Source: Thermoplasmatota archaeon (lineage in GTDB: Archaea; Thermoplasmatota; Thermoplasmata; UBA10834). From it: 64,000 nt of DNA. Location of the stretch: contig JBFMHR010000002.1 of NCBI GenBank assembly GCA_040751795.1, forward strand, positions 340,091 through 404,090. Reading direction: 5' to 3'. Both the position numbers and the translations under genes were made by a program. The notes beneath the pieces are model-generated. The model was not told the DNA's origin, did not search any database, and saw only the letters and a program-made list of their open reading frames with translations. Below, piece by piece: positions 37,574 to 47,637 of the stretch; within the stretch, counting starts at the first letter, position 1, and every line of letters starts with the position of its first letter.

Positions 37574-38149
37574 ATGTTCTCGCCGGAGAAGGACCTCAGG
37601 GACCTCGTCATCGAGGTCCTCAAGAAGGACCCAGCATCCATAAGCGGCATAGGCAGGGAGCTGGCCTCGAAAGGGGTCAAGATGCACCGGCTCGAGCTCA
37701 CGGGGTACCTCAAGGCCCTCGCGGACATGGACATCCTCAAGGAGAAGGACATCAAGCCGGCGAAGGTGTTCTCCATCTCGGGCGGCAGGGACAGGGGCCT
37801 GCACGAGATGGTCGGGGACTGCGTCAACGCCATGCCCGGCACCTCCACCGAGCGCGCCACAATCGCGGCCTACTGCCTGCAGCGGCTCTTCAAGCGGGCC
37901 GTGTTCGACATGGAGGTCAGGCGGTGCGGAGTCGACGGCATCGTGGACGGCAGGAGGGCGACGCCCGAGGAGAGGGCGGAGGCCAAGACCACTCTCACCA
38001 GGATGGGCTACAAGGTGCCGAACAGCGACGTCCCGACCGTCGTCGAGGCGGACCTGGAGCCACTTTTCGTCCGGGTCCTCGCCGACATTGTCATAGAGCG
38101 CTTCGGGATGCGCTCCCACTCCAAGGAGACCGTCCAGACCCGGCTCTGA
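37574..38149 (+). CDS. Hypothetical winged-helix protein
   Basis: SISGIGREL...HRLELTGYLKAL wHTH-like N-terminus. Confidence 0.7.
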   Translation: MFSPEKDLRDLVIEVLKKDPASISGIGRELASKGVKMHRLELTGYLKALADMDILKEKDIKPAKVFSISGGRDRGLHEMVGDCVNAMPGTSTERATIAAYCLQRLFKRAVFDMEVRRCGVDGIVDGRRATPEERAEAKTTLTRMGYKVPNSDVPTVVEADLEPLFVRVLADIVIERFGMRSHSKETVQTRL

Positions 38150-38189
38150 GACACTCAGTTTATCTACACGCGGCGGCGTTAGCCCCATC

Positions 38190-39161
38190 GTGGAACTGGC
38201 AGGGATCATAGAGAGGGTCCGCACGTACCGCGGGGTCGCCAGGAAGGCCCCCATCGAGTCCGTCGCGCGGAGCCTGCTGCCGTCCGCCTCGAAGGGCATC
38301 ATCGCGGCACACGGGGAGGACGCGGCGGCCATCAGGAGCGGGAAGGATGTCCTCCTCCTGGCAGCGGACGGCATCATCCAGGACCTCGTCGACCGGGACC
38401 CGGAGTGGGCCGGCTACTGCTCCATGCTCGTCAACGCCAACGACATCGCGGCCATGGGCGGCGTCCCGGTCGCGGCGGTCGACATCCTGTCGTGCGGGGA
38501 CCCGCGGATCCGCTCGCTCATAGTCAAGGGCATGAAGGCTGCGTCCGTCAAGTTCGGGGTCCCCATCGTCGGCGGGCACCTCCACCCGGACACCTCGTAC
38601 GCCGCTGTGGACGTGGCCATCCTCGGCAGGACGACGCCGTCGAGGCTCGTGCTGAGCAGCGGCGCGCGGGCGGGGGACGCCGTCGTCTTCGCGATGGACC
38701 TGGACGGACGGTTCACGCCAGGGGTATCATACTCCTGGGACACGACGAGCCGGAAGGGCCCGGGCGAGGTCCAGCACCGGCTGAGGTCCATGAACAGGGT
38801 CGCGCCCATGCTCACGGCGGGCAAGGACATCAGCAACCCGGGGAGCCTCGGGACCCTCGGGATGCTCCTCGAGGCCAGCGGGAGGGGGGCGACCGTGGAC
38901 GTGGGGCTCATCCCCAGGCCGCGGGGGCAGGACATGATCCAGTGGCTCCTCGCCTACCAGGGGTGCGGGTTCGTGGTGACCTGCCCGCCCGGGCGGTCTG
39001 GCGACGTGTGCAGGTCGTTCAAGTCCTCGGGCCTCACGGCGGCCGAGTGCGGCAGGGTGGCGAAGGGCCACCGCCTCGGGCTGAGGATGGGCGGAGACTC
39101 CGGGACGCTCTTCGACTTCAGGCATGACTCGCTCGGGTGCCGCCCCCCAAAAAGGATATGA
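38190..39161 (+). CDS. AIR synthase-related (PurM/ThiL-like; methanogenesis marker 2-like) protein
   Basis: GEDAAA, NANDIAAMGG, VGGH, KDISNPG. Confidence 0.85.
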   Translation: MELAGIIERVRTYRGVARKAPIESVARSLLPSASKGIIAAHGEDAAAIRSGKDVLLLAADGIIQDLVDRDPEWAGYCSMLVNANDIAAMGGVPVAAVDILSCGDPRIRSLIVKGMKAASVKFGVPIVGGHLHPDTSYAAVDVAILGRTTPSRLVLSSGARAGDAVVFAMDLDGRFTPGVSYSWDTTSRKGPGEVQHRLRSMNRVAPMLTAGKDISNPGSLGTLGMLLEASGRGATVDVGLIPRPRGQDMIQWLLAYQGCGFVVTCPPGRSGDVCRSFKSSGLTAAECGRVAKGHRLGLRMGGDSGTLFDFRHDSLGCRPPKRI

Positions 39162-39185
39162 ACTGGCACAGCCTCATGATTGGTA

Positions 39186-39315
39186 CAAGAGAGCGAGAAA
39201 CACGGCAAAACAGCGGTTAGCAACCAATCCGAGAGGGCGCCTAACAGCTCGGGTAGGTTGAGCTAGTAAAAGGGTGCTGTCACGCTGCGGCGCCCACCGT
39301 GCTCGACTCTCTCGT
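39186..39315. ncRNA. Candidate structured RNA next to SRP RNA (strand unresolved)
   Basis: Nested stems GAGAG/CTCTC, CGAG/CTCG, CACGG/CCGTG, CAGCG/CGCTG, AGCTC/GAGCT. Confidence 0.45.
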
Positions 39316-39350
39316 TTTTCCCCATCCATGCGATGTGATGGAGATGGAGT

Positions 39351-39659
39351 GCTAGGCCACTGGGGTTGCCGGCCTCCCCTGTGCCAGCTGCCCATCGACC
39401 TCCTCGACCCCGCTTCCCGGTGAGCGGTGATAGTCCGCGGTGAGGCTGCTCCCGTCAGGGCCTGACCCGATCCCCGCGACAAGGGCCGCCGCCCCCGCCC
39501 TCCGGCGTGGGCGGACGGCCGCCCTCAACCCCATCGGACAGGGTCTCACTGTCGGTCGTTGGACTGGCACCGGTTCGGTTGCGACGTCCCCAGCTGTCAC
39601 CCCCACTGTCGACGATTTTGGTGTACAAGGACACGCCGAACGTCCCGGTCAAGCCTAGC
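39351..39659 (-). ncRNA. ffs: Archaeal SRP (7S) RNA
   Basis: GCUAGGC/GCCUAGC closing helix, Alu-domain UGUA, helix 6 GGAG loop, helix 8 CAGGCCC-UGAC-GGGAGCA; TTTAATA box at about 39684-39690. Confidence 0.92.
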
Positions 39660-39899
39660 GAGGCTCGAATACATGCTGCCTCTATTAAATAGGTTCGTGC
39701 TGGTTCCTCTCGTTCAGCGCTCGTTCGCAGCCCGCGTCTCTCAATCGATTATCGACAGGGCCTTACGATTATCACTCCTGGCAGAATCCCTCCTTCAGCA
39801 TCGTTTTTATAGCATGATGCACAATTCCCGGCGGACGCGCGTCCAGGCGGGGATTGCCTGGGTGCGCCTTGCAGCCGGGGGATAGAGGAGATTGACCTG

Positions 39900-42551
39900 A
39901 TGAGGAATCAGACGAGTTCTCGAGTAGCTACAGCAATGTGTGCACTGGCCGTCCTGGCGATGGTTCTTGCGGTCCCAGGCGTTACGAACGAATCAGAGGC
40001 AGCCGCCGAGTACTACATAATGAACGTGGGGGTCACCCAGACGCCCGACACGCTCAACGTGTACAAGATGACTCTGGCCATAGGATGGACGATTAACTTC
40101 CTCCTGTACGACACCCTGAACTCGATCGACGAGCAGCTGGCCCCTGGCCCGCAGCTTGCCGATTCCTGGGAGACCGACGAGAGCGGCCTGGTGTGGACGT
40201 TCCACATCAACCAGAACGCCTACTGGCACGACGGCGAGCAGGTCACCGCCGAGGACGTCGCGTTCTCCTACAACCTCATACTCGAGAACCCCACCGCGTG
40301 CGCGCTGTGGATAGACTACCTCACAGGCGTCGTGTACCCCGTGGAGGTCGTGGACACCTACACCGTCAATATCACGACCACGGCCCCCAAGGCCACGATG
40401 CTGTCGGCCCTGATACCCATCGTCCCGGAGCACCTATGGAGCGAAGTGGACACGAACATGATCAACAAGGTGGATCCCTGGGACACGACTTACTTCCCGG
40501 ACGGCCCCGTCGGCTCGGGGCCGCTGATCCTGGACGAGTACGACGCTACGCTCGGATGGATCAGGATGCTGAAGAACCCTGACTACTACATCGACACCGT
40601 CAAGGTCGACGAGGTCCTGTTCATCATATACGACACCCCCGAGGCGATGACCACCGCCCTCCAGTCCGGCGCGATCGACGTGGCGATGGACGTCCCCGCC
40701 AAGGTCTGGGACGAGGTCCTGGCTTACGACGGCATCGACGGACAGGCCGGCAAGGCCCTCTCGATATTCGAGCTGGGGATCAACTGCGCCTCGGAGGAGC
40801 TGCGCGAGTCCTTCCCGAAGGCGAGCGAGAACCTCGAGACCACCAACCTCTCGGTCCGGAGGGCGATCGCCATGGCGACGGAGAAGGACTACATCGTCGA
40901 CGACGTGATGGAGGGGCTCGCCGACGTGGGCACGTCCATCATCCCGAGCGCGACCGCATACTGGCACTGGAACGTCTCCGAGGAACAGAGATGGGACTAC
41001 GACCTCCAGGCCGCCAACGACACCCTCGACGCGGCCGGATACCTGGACTCGGACGGGGACGGCATCAGGGAGAACGGGACGTCCGGTGTGGAGCTGATAT
41101 TCTCGTTCTACTACAGGACCACCAGCCCTGACGACCGTGAGGCCGCGATGAGGATCAGCGCCGCGCTCAACCAGGTCGGGATATACACCGAACCTGACGG
41201 CGTCTCCGAGGGCGTGATGTACAACCTATGGCTCGGCTGCGAGATGGACCTCTTCATATGGGCGTGGGACACGGACGTGGACCCCAACTTCATGCTGTCC
41301 ACGCAGACCACCGGCCAGATTCCGCTGGACCCGCAGGACTGGACCAAGTGGTCCGATTCGTTCTGGTCCAACGAGACGTACGACGCGATGTACCTGGAGC
41401 AGCAGTTCACCGTGGACCTCGAGGAGCGCCAGGCGATAGTCCACGCCATGCAGGAGCTGCTGTACGACCAGTGCCCGTACGTGGTGCTCTACTACCCGTA
41501 CGGCCTGTACGCCTACACGACGGAGAAGTTCACCAACTACCCTGACTGGGTAGAGAACCCCGGCATGACTCCGGGGACGATGTGGTTCTTCTTCGAGGTC
41601 ACCCCGGCGGCTGAGTGGGTCGACCCGATGCCGCCCGAGGACGTCTACGCCGGCCTGGACCAGTCATGCATCGTCGGCGAGACCCTGTGGTTCACTGGCA
41701 GCGCGACGGACCCGAACGACCCTGTGGAGACCCTGAACTGGACGTGGACATTCATGGAGCCTGACACCACCGAGAACACCCGATGGGGCCAGTCGGTCAG
41801 CTACCAGTTCGACCAGGTCGGGGATGTCGGAGTGATGCTCGTAGTGACGGACCCGGGAGGCGAGATGGGGGTTGACGACCTCGTCGTCAGCGTCTCCGAG
41901 CTAAGCGAGGACATGGGCGTCCTCACCGGGCGCGTCGTGGACCAGGACTCCGAGCCGATACTCGGTGCGACCGTAACGGCCGGCAACGCCACCAGGTCCA
42001 CGGACTCCGACGGGGCGTACTCGATGGCCGTCATCGCTGGCTCGTACACCGTCAATGCGACCAGGACCGGCTACCAGATGGACTCGGTCGAGGCCACCGT
42101 CGTCGCCGGGGAGACCACATGGGCCAACCTCACCCTGACGCTGACGTCCGGGACCCTTATCGTGAGTGTGCTGGACTCCGAGACTGGGGATCCAATCGCC
42201 TCGGCAGTGGTGAACGTGACCTACGGCTCTGCCTCCAAGGAGTTCCTGACGCAGACCACGGGGAACGCGACCTTCTACAGCGTCGACGCGGGGACCGTCG
42301 AGGTGAATGTGTCCAAGACGGGCTATGATGACAACTCCACAGAAGTCACCGTAGTGGCCGGCGAGACCACCGTCGTGGTCGTGGAGCTGACGCCCGAGCC
42401 TGAGGAGGATGACTCGAACACCCTCCTGATCGCGGCGGCCGCCATAGGCATACTCGCCGTCATCGCGATGGCCGCGCTCCTGCTCATGAGGAAGCGCAAG
42501 GCCGGGTCGGGCGGCGAGGAGCCCCCGTCCCCGGACGCGCCGGCTCCGTAG
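39900..42551 (+). CDS. Peptide ABC transporter substrate-binding protein (family 5) with PKD/Ig-like extensions and C-terminal TM anchor
   Basis: LYDTL, WHDGEQVTAEDVAFS, PVGSGP, VRRAIAMA; C-terminal beta-sandwich repeats, TM helix and RKRK. Confidence 0.9.
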   Translation: MRNQTSSRVATAMCALAVLAMVLAVPGVTNESEAAAEYYIMNVGVTQTPDTLNVYKMTLAIGWTINFLLYDTLNSIDEQLAPGPQLADSWETDESGLVWTFHINQNAYWHDGEQVTAEDVAFSYNLILENPTACALWIDYLTGVVYPVEVVDTYTVNITTTAPKATMLSALIPIVPEHLWSEVDTNMINKVDPWDTTYFPDGPVGSGPLILDEYDATLGWIRMLKNPDYYIDTVKVDEVLFIIYDTPEAMTTALQSGAIDVAMDVPAKVWDEVLAYDGIDGQAGKALSIFELGINCASEELRESFPKASENLETTNLSVRRAIAMATEKDYIVDDVMEGLADVGTSIIPSATAYWHWNVSEEQRWDYDLQAANDTLDAAGYLDSDGDGIRENGTSGVELIFSFYYRTTSPDDREAAMRISAALNQVGIYTEPDGVSEGVMYNLWLGCEMDLFIWAWDTDVDPNFMLSTQTTGQIPLDPQDWTKWSDSFWSNETYDAMYLEQQFTVDLEERQAIVHAMQELLYDQCPYVVLYYPYGLYAYTTEKFTNYPDWVENPGMTPGTMWFFFEVTPAAEWVDPMPPEDVYAGLDQSCIVGETLWFTGSATDPNDPVETLNWTWTFMEPDTTENTRWGQSVSYQFDQVGDVGVMLVVTDPGGEMGVDDLVVSVSELSEDMGVLTGRVVDQDSEPILGATVTAGNATRSTDSDGAYSMAVIAGSYTVNATRTGYQMDSVEATVVAGETTWANLTLTLTSGTLIVSVLDSETGDPIASAVVNVTYGSASKEFLTQTTGNATFYSVDAGTVEVNVSKTGYDDNSTEVTVVAGETTVVVVELTPEPEEDDSNTLLIAAAAIGILAVIAMAALLLMRKRKAGSGGEEPPSPDAPAP

Positions 42552-42699
42552 GGTGCACTCGGCACTGAAACCCCTTCACCCTAAACCTCTTCCACAGCCG
42601 ATTTCGTCCGGAGGGGACACCGCTGGCCGAGGGCTGGCCGCGGGAGGAGCGCGCCGACCGCGCGCTCCGGAACGCGAGGGACTGTCAAAGGTGCGAACG

Positions 42700-43680
42700 A
42701 TGCGGAACATGCGATGGCTGATCATCAGGAAGGCGGTCAATTCGTTCATCACCATCCTCCTGGTCGTCGTCATGAACTTCTTCCTGTTCAGGGTCATACC
42801 CGGGGACCCCCTCATGATCCTGAGGGGGAATACGAGGGTCTCCGATGAGTACAAGGAGGAGTTCATAAGGGAGTTCGGGCTCGACCAGCCGGTCTACGTC
42901 CAGTTCGTCAAGTACATCGAGAACGTCTTCACGCTCGACTTCGGGAATGCGATAACCCAGCCCCTCACCCCGGCGATGGATATCATCCTGGGCAACCTCC
43001 AGTGGACCCTGATCCTCGTCGGCACCTCCTCGGTATTCATGATCGCGATCGGGATGTACCTCGGGGTCATCTCGGCGTGGAAGAGGGGGAGCCTCTTCGA
43101 CACCGGGACCATGGCGTTCTCCCTGTTCTTCTACGCCATGCCGACCTTCTGGTTCGCCATGATGCTCATAATCATATTCTCCACGGGGCTCGGCTGGTTC
43201 CCCCCGGGCAAGGCGCTGGAGCCTGGCACCACGCTCGAGTGGACGGTTGAGTCCATCAAGGACATGCTCTGGCGCCTCGTGCTGCCAGCGATCAGCCTCA
43301 CCATTGGCAGCATCGCCGCGTTCTCCGTCATAATGAGGGGGGCCCTGATGGACGTCATGACCGAGGAGTACATCACCACCGCGCGGGCGAAGGGCCTCAA
43401 GGAGGGCCAGGTGCTCAAAGGGCACGCCGTGCCGAACGCGATGCTCCCGATGGTCGCCCTGATAGCAATAGACCTCGCCTTCGTCGTCGGCGGGGCGTTC
43501 CAGACGGAGGTCGTGTTCGATTATCCAGGCATCGGGTGGCTCACGGTCATGGCGACCGAGCAGAAGGACTACCCGCTTCTGGAGGGCTGCTTCTTCCTCA
43601 TAGCCCTGGTCGTGGTCATAGCGAACTTCTTCGCGGACATCCTCCTGATATACATGGACCCTCGGGTCAAGATGGGGTGA
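42700..43680 (+). CDS. dppB: Peptide ABC transporter permease (DppB/OppB)
   Basis: PGDP, GLDQP, MPTFW, YITTARAKGL, DYP, DPRV. Confidence 0.92.
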   Translation: MRNMRWLIIRKAVNSFITILLVVVMNFFLFRVIPGDPLMILRGNTRVSDEYKEEFIREFGLDQPVYVQFVKYIENVFTLDFGNAITQPLTPAMDIILGNLQWTLILVGTSSVFMIAIGMYLGVISAWKRGSLFDTGTMAFSLFFYAMPTFWFAMMLIIIFSTGLGWFPPGKALEPGTTLEWTVESIKDMLWRLVLPAISLTIGSIAAFSVIMRGALMDVMTEEYITTARAKGLKEGQVLKGHAVPNAMLPMVALIAIDLAFVVGGAFQTEVVFDYPGIGWLTVMATEQKDYPLLEGCFFLIALVVVIANFFADILLIYMDPRVKMG

Positions 43681-43684
43681 CGAG

Positions 43685-44707
43685 ATGGCGAGGGTCGACG
43701 GCAAGGGGATGTCAGGGGCGGCGGATGCGGCGAGGCAGTCTTCGAAGCTCGGCCGGATCGGGGAGTCCGTCGGCATGTCAGAGCCCACGCTGGAGAAGCT
43801 CCACCTGATGAAGAAGAAGTCCATCACGACATGGCGGATCTTCAGGAAGAACAGGCTCGGCATGGCGGGGCTCATCATACTCCTCGCCTTCGCGGTGATG
43901 GCCGTCTTCTCCGGTCCTGTCATGAGCGTCCTGGCGGCGATCGGCGGCTGGGACCAGGCCTGGGGGCCGTTCGACGCGGACGAATCGGCGGACAAGGAGG
44001 ATGGTCCTACATCCGAGCACTGGCTCGGGACGGACACGTATAGGCAGGACATCCTGGCGAGGGTCATCTACGGGTCGAGGGTCTCCCTGCTGGTGGGCCT
44101 CGTCGCCACGGTCGTCTCCATGGGCCTGGGCGCCCTTGTGGGCCTCCTCAGCGGTTATTGGGGCGGGTGGAGGGACGAGGTCCTTATGAGGGTCACGGAC
44201 GTGTTCCTCGTCATACCGTGGCTCGCGTTGATGATCGTCTTCGCGTCGGTCATACCGGGGGGCGCCAGCGTGGCCAAGGTGGTCCTCGTGATAGGCATAA
44301 CCGGGTGGTCGAGCACTGCGAGGATAGTCCGCGCCCAGGTGTTCTCCCTCAAGGAGCGCTCTTTCGTGGAGCGCGCGCGCGCGATAGGCGCCGACGACAT
44401 GTACATCGTCCGGAGGCACATCTTCCCCAACGTGTTCCCACTCATGTTCGCGAACGCCATCCTCACGGTCGCGCTGTCGATCCTGTCCGAGAGCACGCTG
44501 AGCTTCATCGGCCTCGGCCCGGACCCCAGCCAGGTGGTCACATGGGGCAACATGCTGGAGGAGGCACAGCTGGCCTCGGCGATCCAGCAGGGGCTCTATG
44601 TCTGGGTGGTCGTCCCCGGGCTGATGATTGTCTTCGTGGTGCTGGGCTTCACCTTCATGGGCTACGCCCTCGACGAGATATTCAACCCGAAGCTGAGGAA
44701 GCGCTAG
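43685..44707 (+). CDS. dppC: Peptide ABC transporter permease (DppC/OppC)
   Basis: HWLGTD, GSRVSL, FVERARAIGA, LSFIGLG, TWG, NPKLR. Confidence 0.92.
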   Translation: MARVDGKGMSGAADAARQSSKLGRIGESVGMSEPTLEKLHLMKKKSITTWRIFRKNRLGMAGLIILLAFAVMAVFSGPVMSVLAAIGGWDQAWGPFDADESADKEDGPTSEHWLGTDTYRQDILARVIYGSRVSLLVGLVATVVSMGLGALVGLLSGYWGGWRDEVLMRVTDVFLVIPWLALMIVFASVIPGGASVAKVVLVIGITGWSSTARIVRAQVFSLKERSFVERARAIGADDMYIVRRHIFPNVFPLMFANAILTVALSILSESTLSFIGLGPDPSQVVTWGNMLEEAQLASAIQQGLYVWVVVPGLMIVFVVLGFTFMGYALDEIFNPKLRKR

Positions 44708-44725
44708 CGCGCCACGGGTGGGCGC

Positions 44726-45454
44726 TCACTGCGGCGCTGCGGCCCTGAACCCCTTCGATTCCGAGAGCATCAGCGCTGTCCCCATGACCGTCGAGATGAC
44801 CTCCACCCACTTGATGGTCATCGTGTCGGGGAACTTCCCGGCCGTGGTGCCGTTGAACTCGACCCACCCCAGGACCTCCCTGTCCCTCCCCATGATCCAG
44901 ACGTCGAAGTAGTCCCCCTCGATGCTGTCCTCCAATGCGACTCTCTTTGATTCCAGCATGGCTGGCCTACTGAACGTGCCGTCCTCGTTCTTCCCGTAGG
45001 GGTTGTCCTCCGCCAGGAACAGCGTCGTGAGCTTGCTGATCTCCCTCGCCTTGTACACGGTGGGGTCGAGGTAGTCTTCGGCGCCGTACTCGAGCAGGAG
45101 GTGGGCGTCCCAGGCCTCCCTCCTCAGCCCCGCCTGGTACCTGTACCTGAACTTGCCGTCGCGCCTATCCTTCAGCGCGACGGTCACCTCCCTGATCCAG
45201 AGCCTCCTCCGGATGAGGTTCAGGGCCTCGTTCATGAACTCGTCCAGGCTGAAGTCGCTCCTCTGGAGGTGCGCGAACAGGGTCATCACACCGTCGAGGG
45301 CCTTCTGGTTGAGGTCCTTCTGGGAGTACAGATAGTCGAGCCTCATCTTCCTGACAATCTCGTCGGGGCCGACGCGCGACGACTGCTCGGTCCTCCCCGG
45401 AATCGTCCCGGCGAGCAGGGGGAAGAGCTGCGTCAGACCATTGAACCTCGACAT
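44726..45454 (-). CDS. Hypothetical protein (possibly GAF-like)
   Basis: ATG 45454; host-like codon usage; the fold is only a guess. Confidence 0.65.
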   Translation of the reverse strand: MSRFNGLTQLFPLLAGTIPGRTEQSSRVGPDEIVRKMRLDYLYSQKDLNQKALDGVMTLFAHLQRSDFSLDEFMNEALNLIRRRLWIREVTVALKDRRDGKFRYRYQAGLRREAWDAHLLLEYGAEDYLDPTVYKAREISKLTTLFLAEDNPYGKNEDGTFSRPAMLESKRVALEDSIEGDYFDVWIMGRDREVLGWVEFNGTTAGKFPDTMTIKWVEVISTVMGTALMLSESKGFRAAAPQ

Positions 45455-45585
45455 GGGTCCATCCCTTCTCGTGCGCTCCACCTCAATCGCATCAGGGGGT
45501 ACATGCGTGTTGCGGCGCCCCCGGCCGGGGCCCGTTGTCCCGTCCCGCGAGCCCATGCGAAAGGGTTATCCGCCTCCGGCGGATA

Positions 45586-45879
45586 TTGAGCCCTGGTGGG
45601 ACGCCGGCTGAGAAGACGGAATGCGCCAATCTGCCGCAGTGCACGTTCTTCAGGACATATGGATGCGACCAGCGCTATGACCGGGTGCTCTCCGGCTTCA
45701 TCCTGATGTACTGCCGCGGCGCGAGGCAGGGCAGGTGCCTGAGGAAGCACGTGGGGAAGGAGCTCGGCTCCTCGGAGATGGTGCCTGCGAACATGCTCCC
45801 GAACGGGCTCCCAGTGACTGGTACGGACGACCGGCTCTGGCCGGCCGAGGTCAAGAGGGCGGTCGGCCGCAGGAAGTAG
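45586..45879 (+). CDS. Small Cys-rich hypothetical protein
   Basis: CANLPQCTFF...YCRG...CLR...PANMLPNG; start uncertain. Confidence 0.6.
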   Translation: MSPGGTPAEKTECANLPQCTFFRTYGCDQRYDRVLSGFILMYCRGARQGRCLRKHVGKELGSSEMVPANMLPNGLPVTGTDDRLWPAEVKRAVGRRK

Positions 45880-45998
45880 GCGCCATGGGAGGCATGACGC
45901 AAGCTGATTGAAGGAATGAAGAAAAAACGAATAGGCTGTAATTACATACTAGGTTTCGTCTTTGAGCACTTCTCAAAAGCCTTGAACCGCTCGAGGGC

Positions 45999-46172
45999 TT
46001 AGTACCTTCTTGGCGGCCTGTGCTTCTGGTAACACTCTTTGCAGTACACTGGCCGGCCCTCTGTGGGCTTGAACGGCACCTGGGTGTCTGCACCGCAGTC
46101 AGAGCACTTGGCGGGGTGCATCTCTCTCGGCCCGCCGAATCCGCGGTCTGACCTGCGTGGTCGGTTGTCCAC
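45999..46172 (-). CDS. CxxC-x17-CxxC zinc-finger protein (57 aa, not in ORF track)
   Basis: GTG after AGGAGGT; REMHPAKCSDCGADTQVPFKPTEGRPVYCKECY. Confidence 0.88.
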   Translation of the reverse strand: MDNRPRRSDRGFGGPREMHPAKCSDCGADTQVPFKPTEGRPVYCKECYQKHRPPRRY

Positions 46173-46476
46173 TTACGCATACCTCCTGTTGAACTCCTTG
46201 GCTGCGTTCTCGCGGCTCAAGGCAATACCGGTCAGGGCGTCCTAGTATATCATATCGACGCATCAAACAGGTCTTGGCTGCCTCCGGGAGAGGGGAACGC
46301 GCTGACCCCTGCCTGGAGGCTGCATTTCGAGGGCAACCGCCCGGGAACCCCGCTCCTGCGCGCCTTCCGTGCCCTTAAGGGCAGAGAGCGTGGCAGTGCG
46401 CGGTTGAGCCGCGGGGCCAGGGTCGAAGAGGTCTAGGATGCATATATATATGCGATTCAAGTGCCATTGAATCGGG

Positions 46477-47637
46477 ATGAACAGGGGAATGTTCGTGGTT
46501 CGAGGTGCCCTGAGCATCAGGCTAATCGCATCCTGCTGTGCGGTGGTTGCAGCGTTGGTCGTGTTCTCGCTGCTGTCTTCAGGTGTGATGAGCGAGAGGT
46601 CCCCGACGGCCTACCTCCTCTTCGCCTACTTCATCATCGCCTTGAAGGTGCCGGTCAACCTCGCGGTTTTCTGCGCCACGCTCCTTGTGGTCTCAACTGT
46701 GCGGGGGACCAAGGTCGGAGCGCTTCAAGAGAGCAAGGCATCGTATGTCTGGTCTGTGGTCCTCACCGTGCTTGTGGCGAGCACGGTCGGTGCTTTTGCC
46801 GACCTTCTGTTCTCCTACTCCGCATACAATGTGGTTATCTTGCCAGGTGTCGACTCAGAATCTGACAGACTGGCGGTAGCCACCGCCCTAATCCTCCTGT
46901 CCGCGTTGGCGTCGTCCCACTTCCTGGTTGGCCTGAGGCTGGAGTCGAACGTATGCACGTCCGCAGCGCTGGCCATCGCGACTCCCGCCATGTGGCAATT
47001 TGGATACCCGTTTGATGTTGGTGTGGACGGGGCCGCAGGTGTGATCATGCTTGGGTCCGTCCTCAGCATTTCGACCCTGGGGTTCCTCGCTGCGTGGTAT
47101 GAGACGGAGTACGCCAAGGGCCCCGCGGCCCGGCCTCGCTTCCCCCAGAGAGCCGTGTTCCGTGCATCCCTCGGGTACTTCTGTGCCATTGCGATTGCAT
47201 TCGCTCTCTCGACTGCCGTGTGGGGGATCCGCTCGGAGTCCCACAGCGTCCCATACACCACCCTGACGAAGTACTACGATACCTGGACGGATTCATGGGA
47301 GTTCACCGCGGGGGCCGTGGACCCGGAAGAGGTGCAGTGGAACGACGTCGCCGTCGTTCTCACCTTGACGGACAGTGGTTCAAGCGTCCACTGGGCGAAC
47401 CTGTCCACCTCGGACTTGACCAGCACGGCCTCTGTCGTGCAGGACCTCGGCACACTGAACCTCGGCGGGCTGGATGTGAGTCTGACTGTACTGGATCTCG
47501 CCGGCAACGGCCTCATCAGCCAAGGCGACCGGCTGATCATCGACTCGGAAGGCTTCCCCGAAGATGTCAGGTTCACGATCAAGCTCATCTACGAGCCGAC
47601 TGACCTCCCAATAGCTCAAATCGACTTCGAACGGTAG
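46477..47637 (+). CDS. Multi-TM membrane protein with C-terminal extracellular beta domain
   Basis: About 7 hydrophobic helices, then DLAGNGLISQGD...IYEPT; more A/T at third positions than neighbours. Confidence 0.7.
   Translation: MNRGMFVVRGALSIRLIASCCAVVAALVVFSLLSSGVMSERSPTAYLLFAYFIIALKVPVNLAVFCATLLVVSTVRGTKVGALQESKASYVWSVVLTVLVASTVGAFADLLFSYSAYNVVILPGVDSESDRLAVATALILLSALASSHFLVGLRLESNVCTSAALAIATPAMWQFGYPFDVGVDGAAGVIMLGSVLSISTLGFLAAWYETEYAKGPAARPRFPQRAVFRASLGYFCAIAIAFALSTAVWGIRSESHSVPYTTLTKYYDTWTDSWEFTAGAVDPEEVQWNDVAVVLTLTDSGSSVHWANLSTSDLTSTASVVQDLGTLNLGGLDVSLTVLDLAGNGLISQGDRLIIDSEGFPEDVRFTIKLIYEPTDLPIAQIDFER

Noticed and set aside
39351-39659. RNase P RNA
   Set aside because: No GAGGAAAGUCC or P4 signatures; helix 6, helix 8 and Alu motifs identify SRP RNA
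46390-46415. Possible att duplication of the tRNA-Ala 3' end
   Set aside because: Alignment needs several gaps and mismatches; indistinguishable from chance
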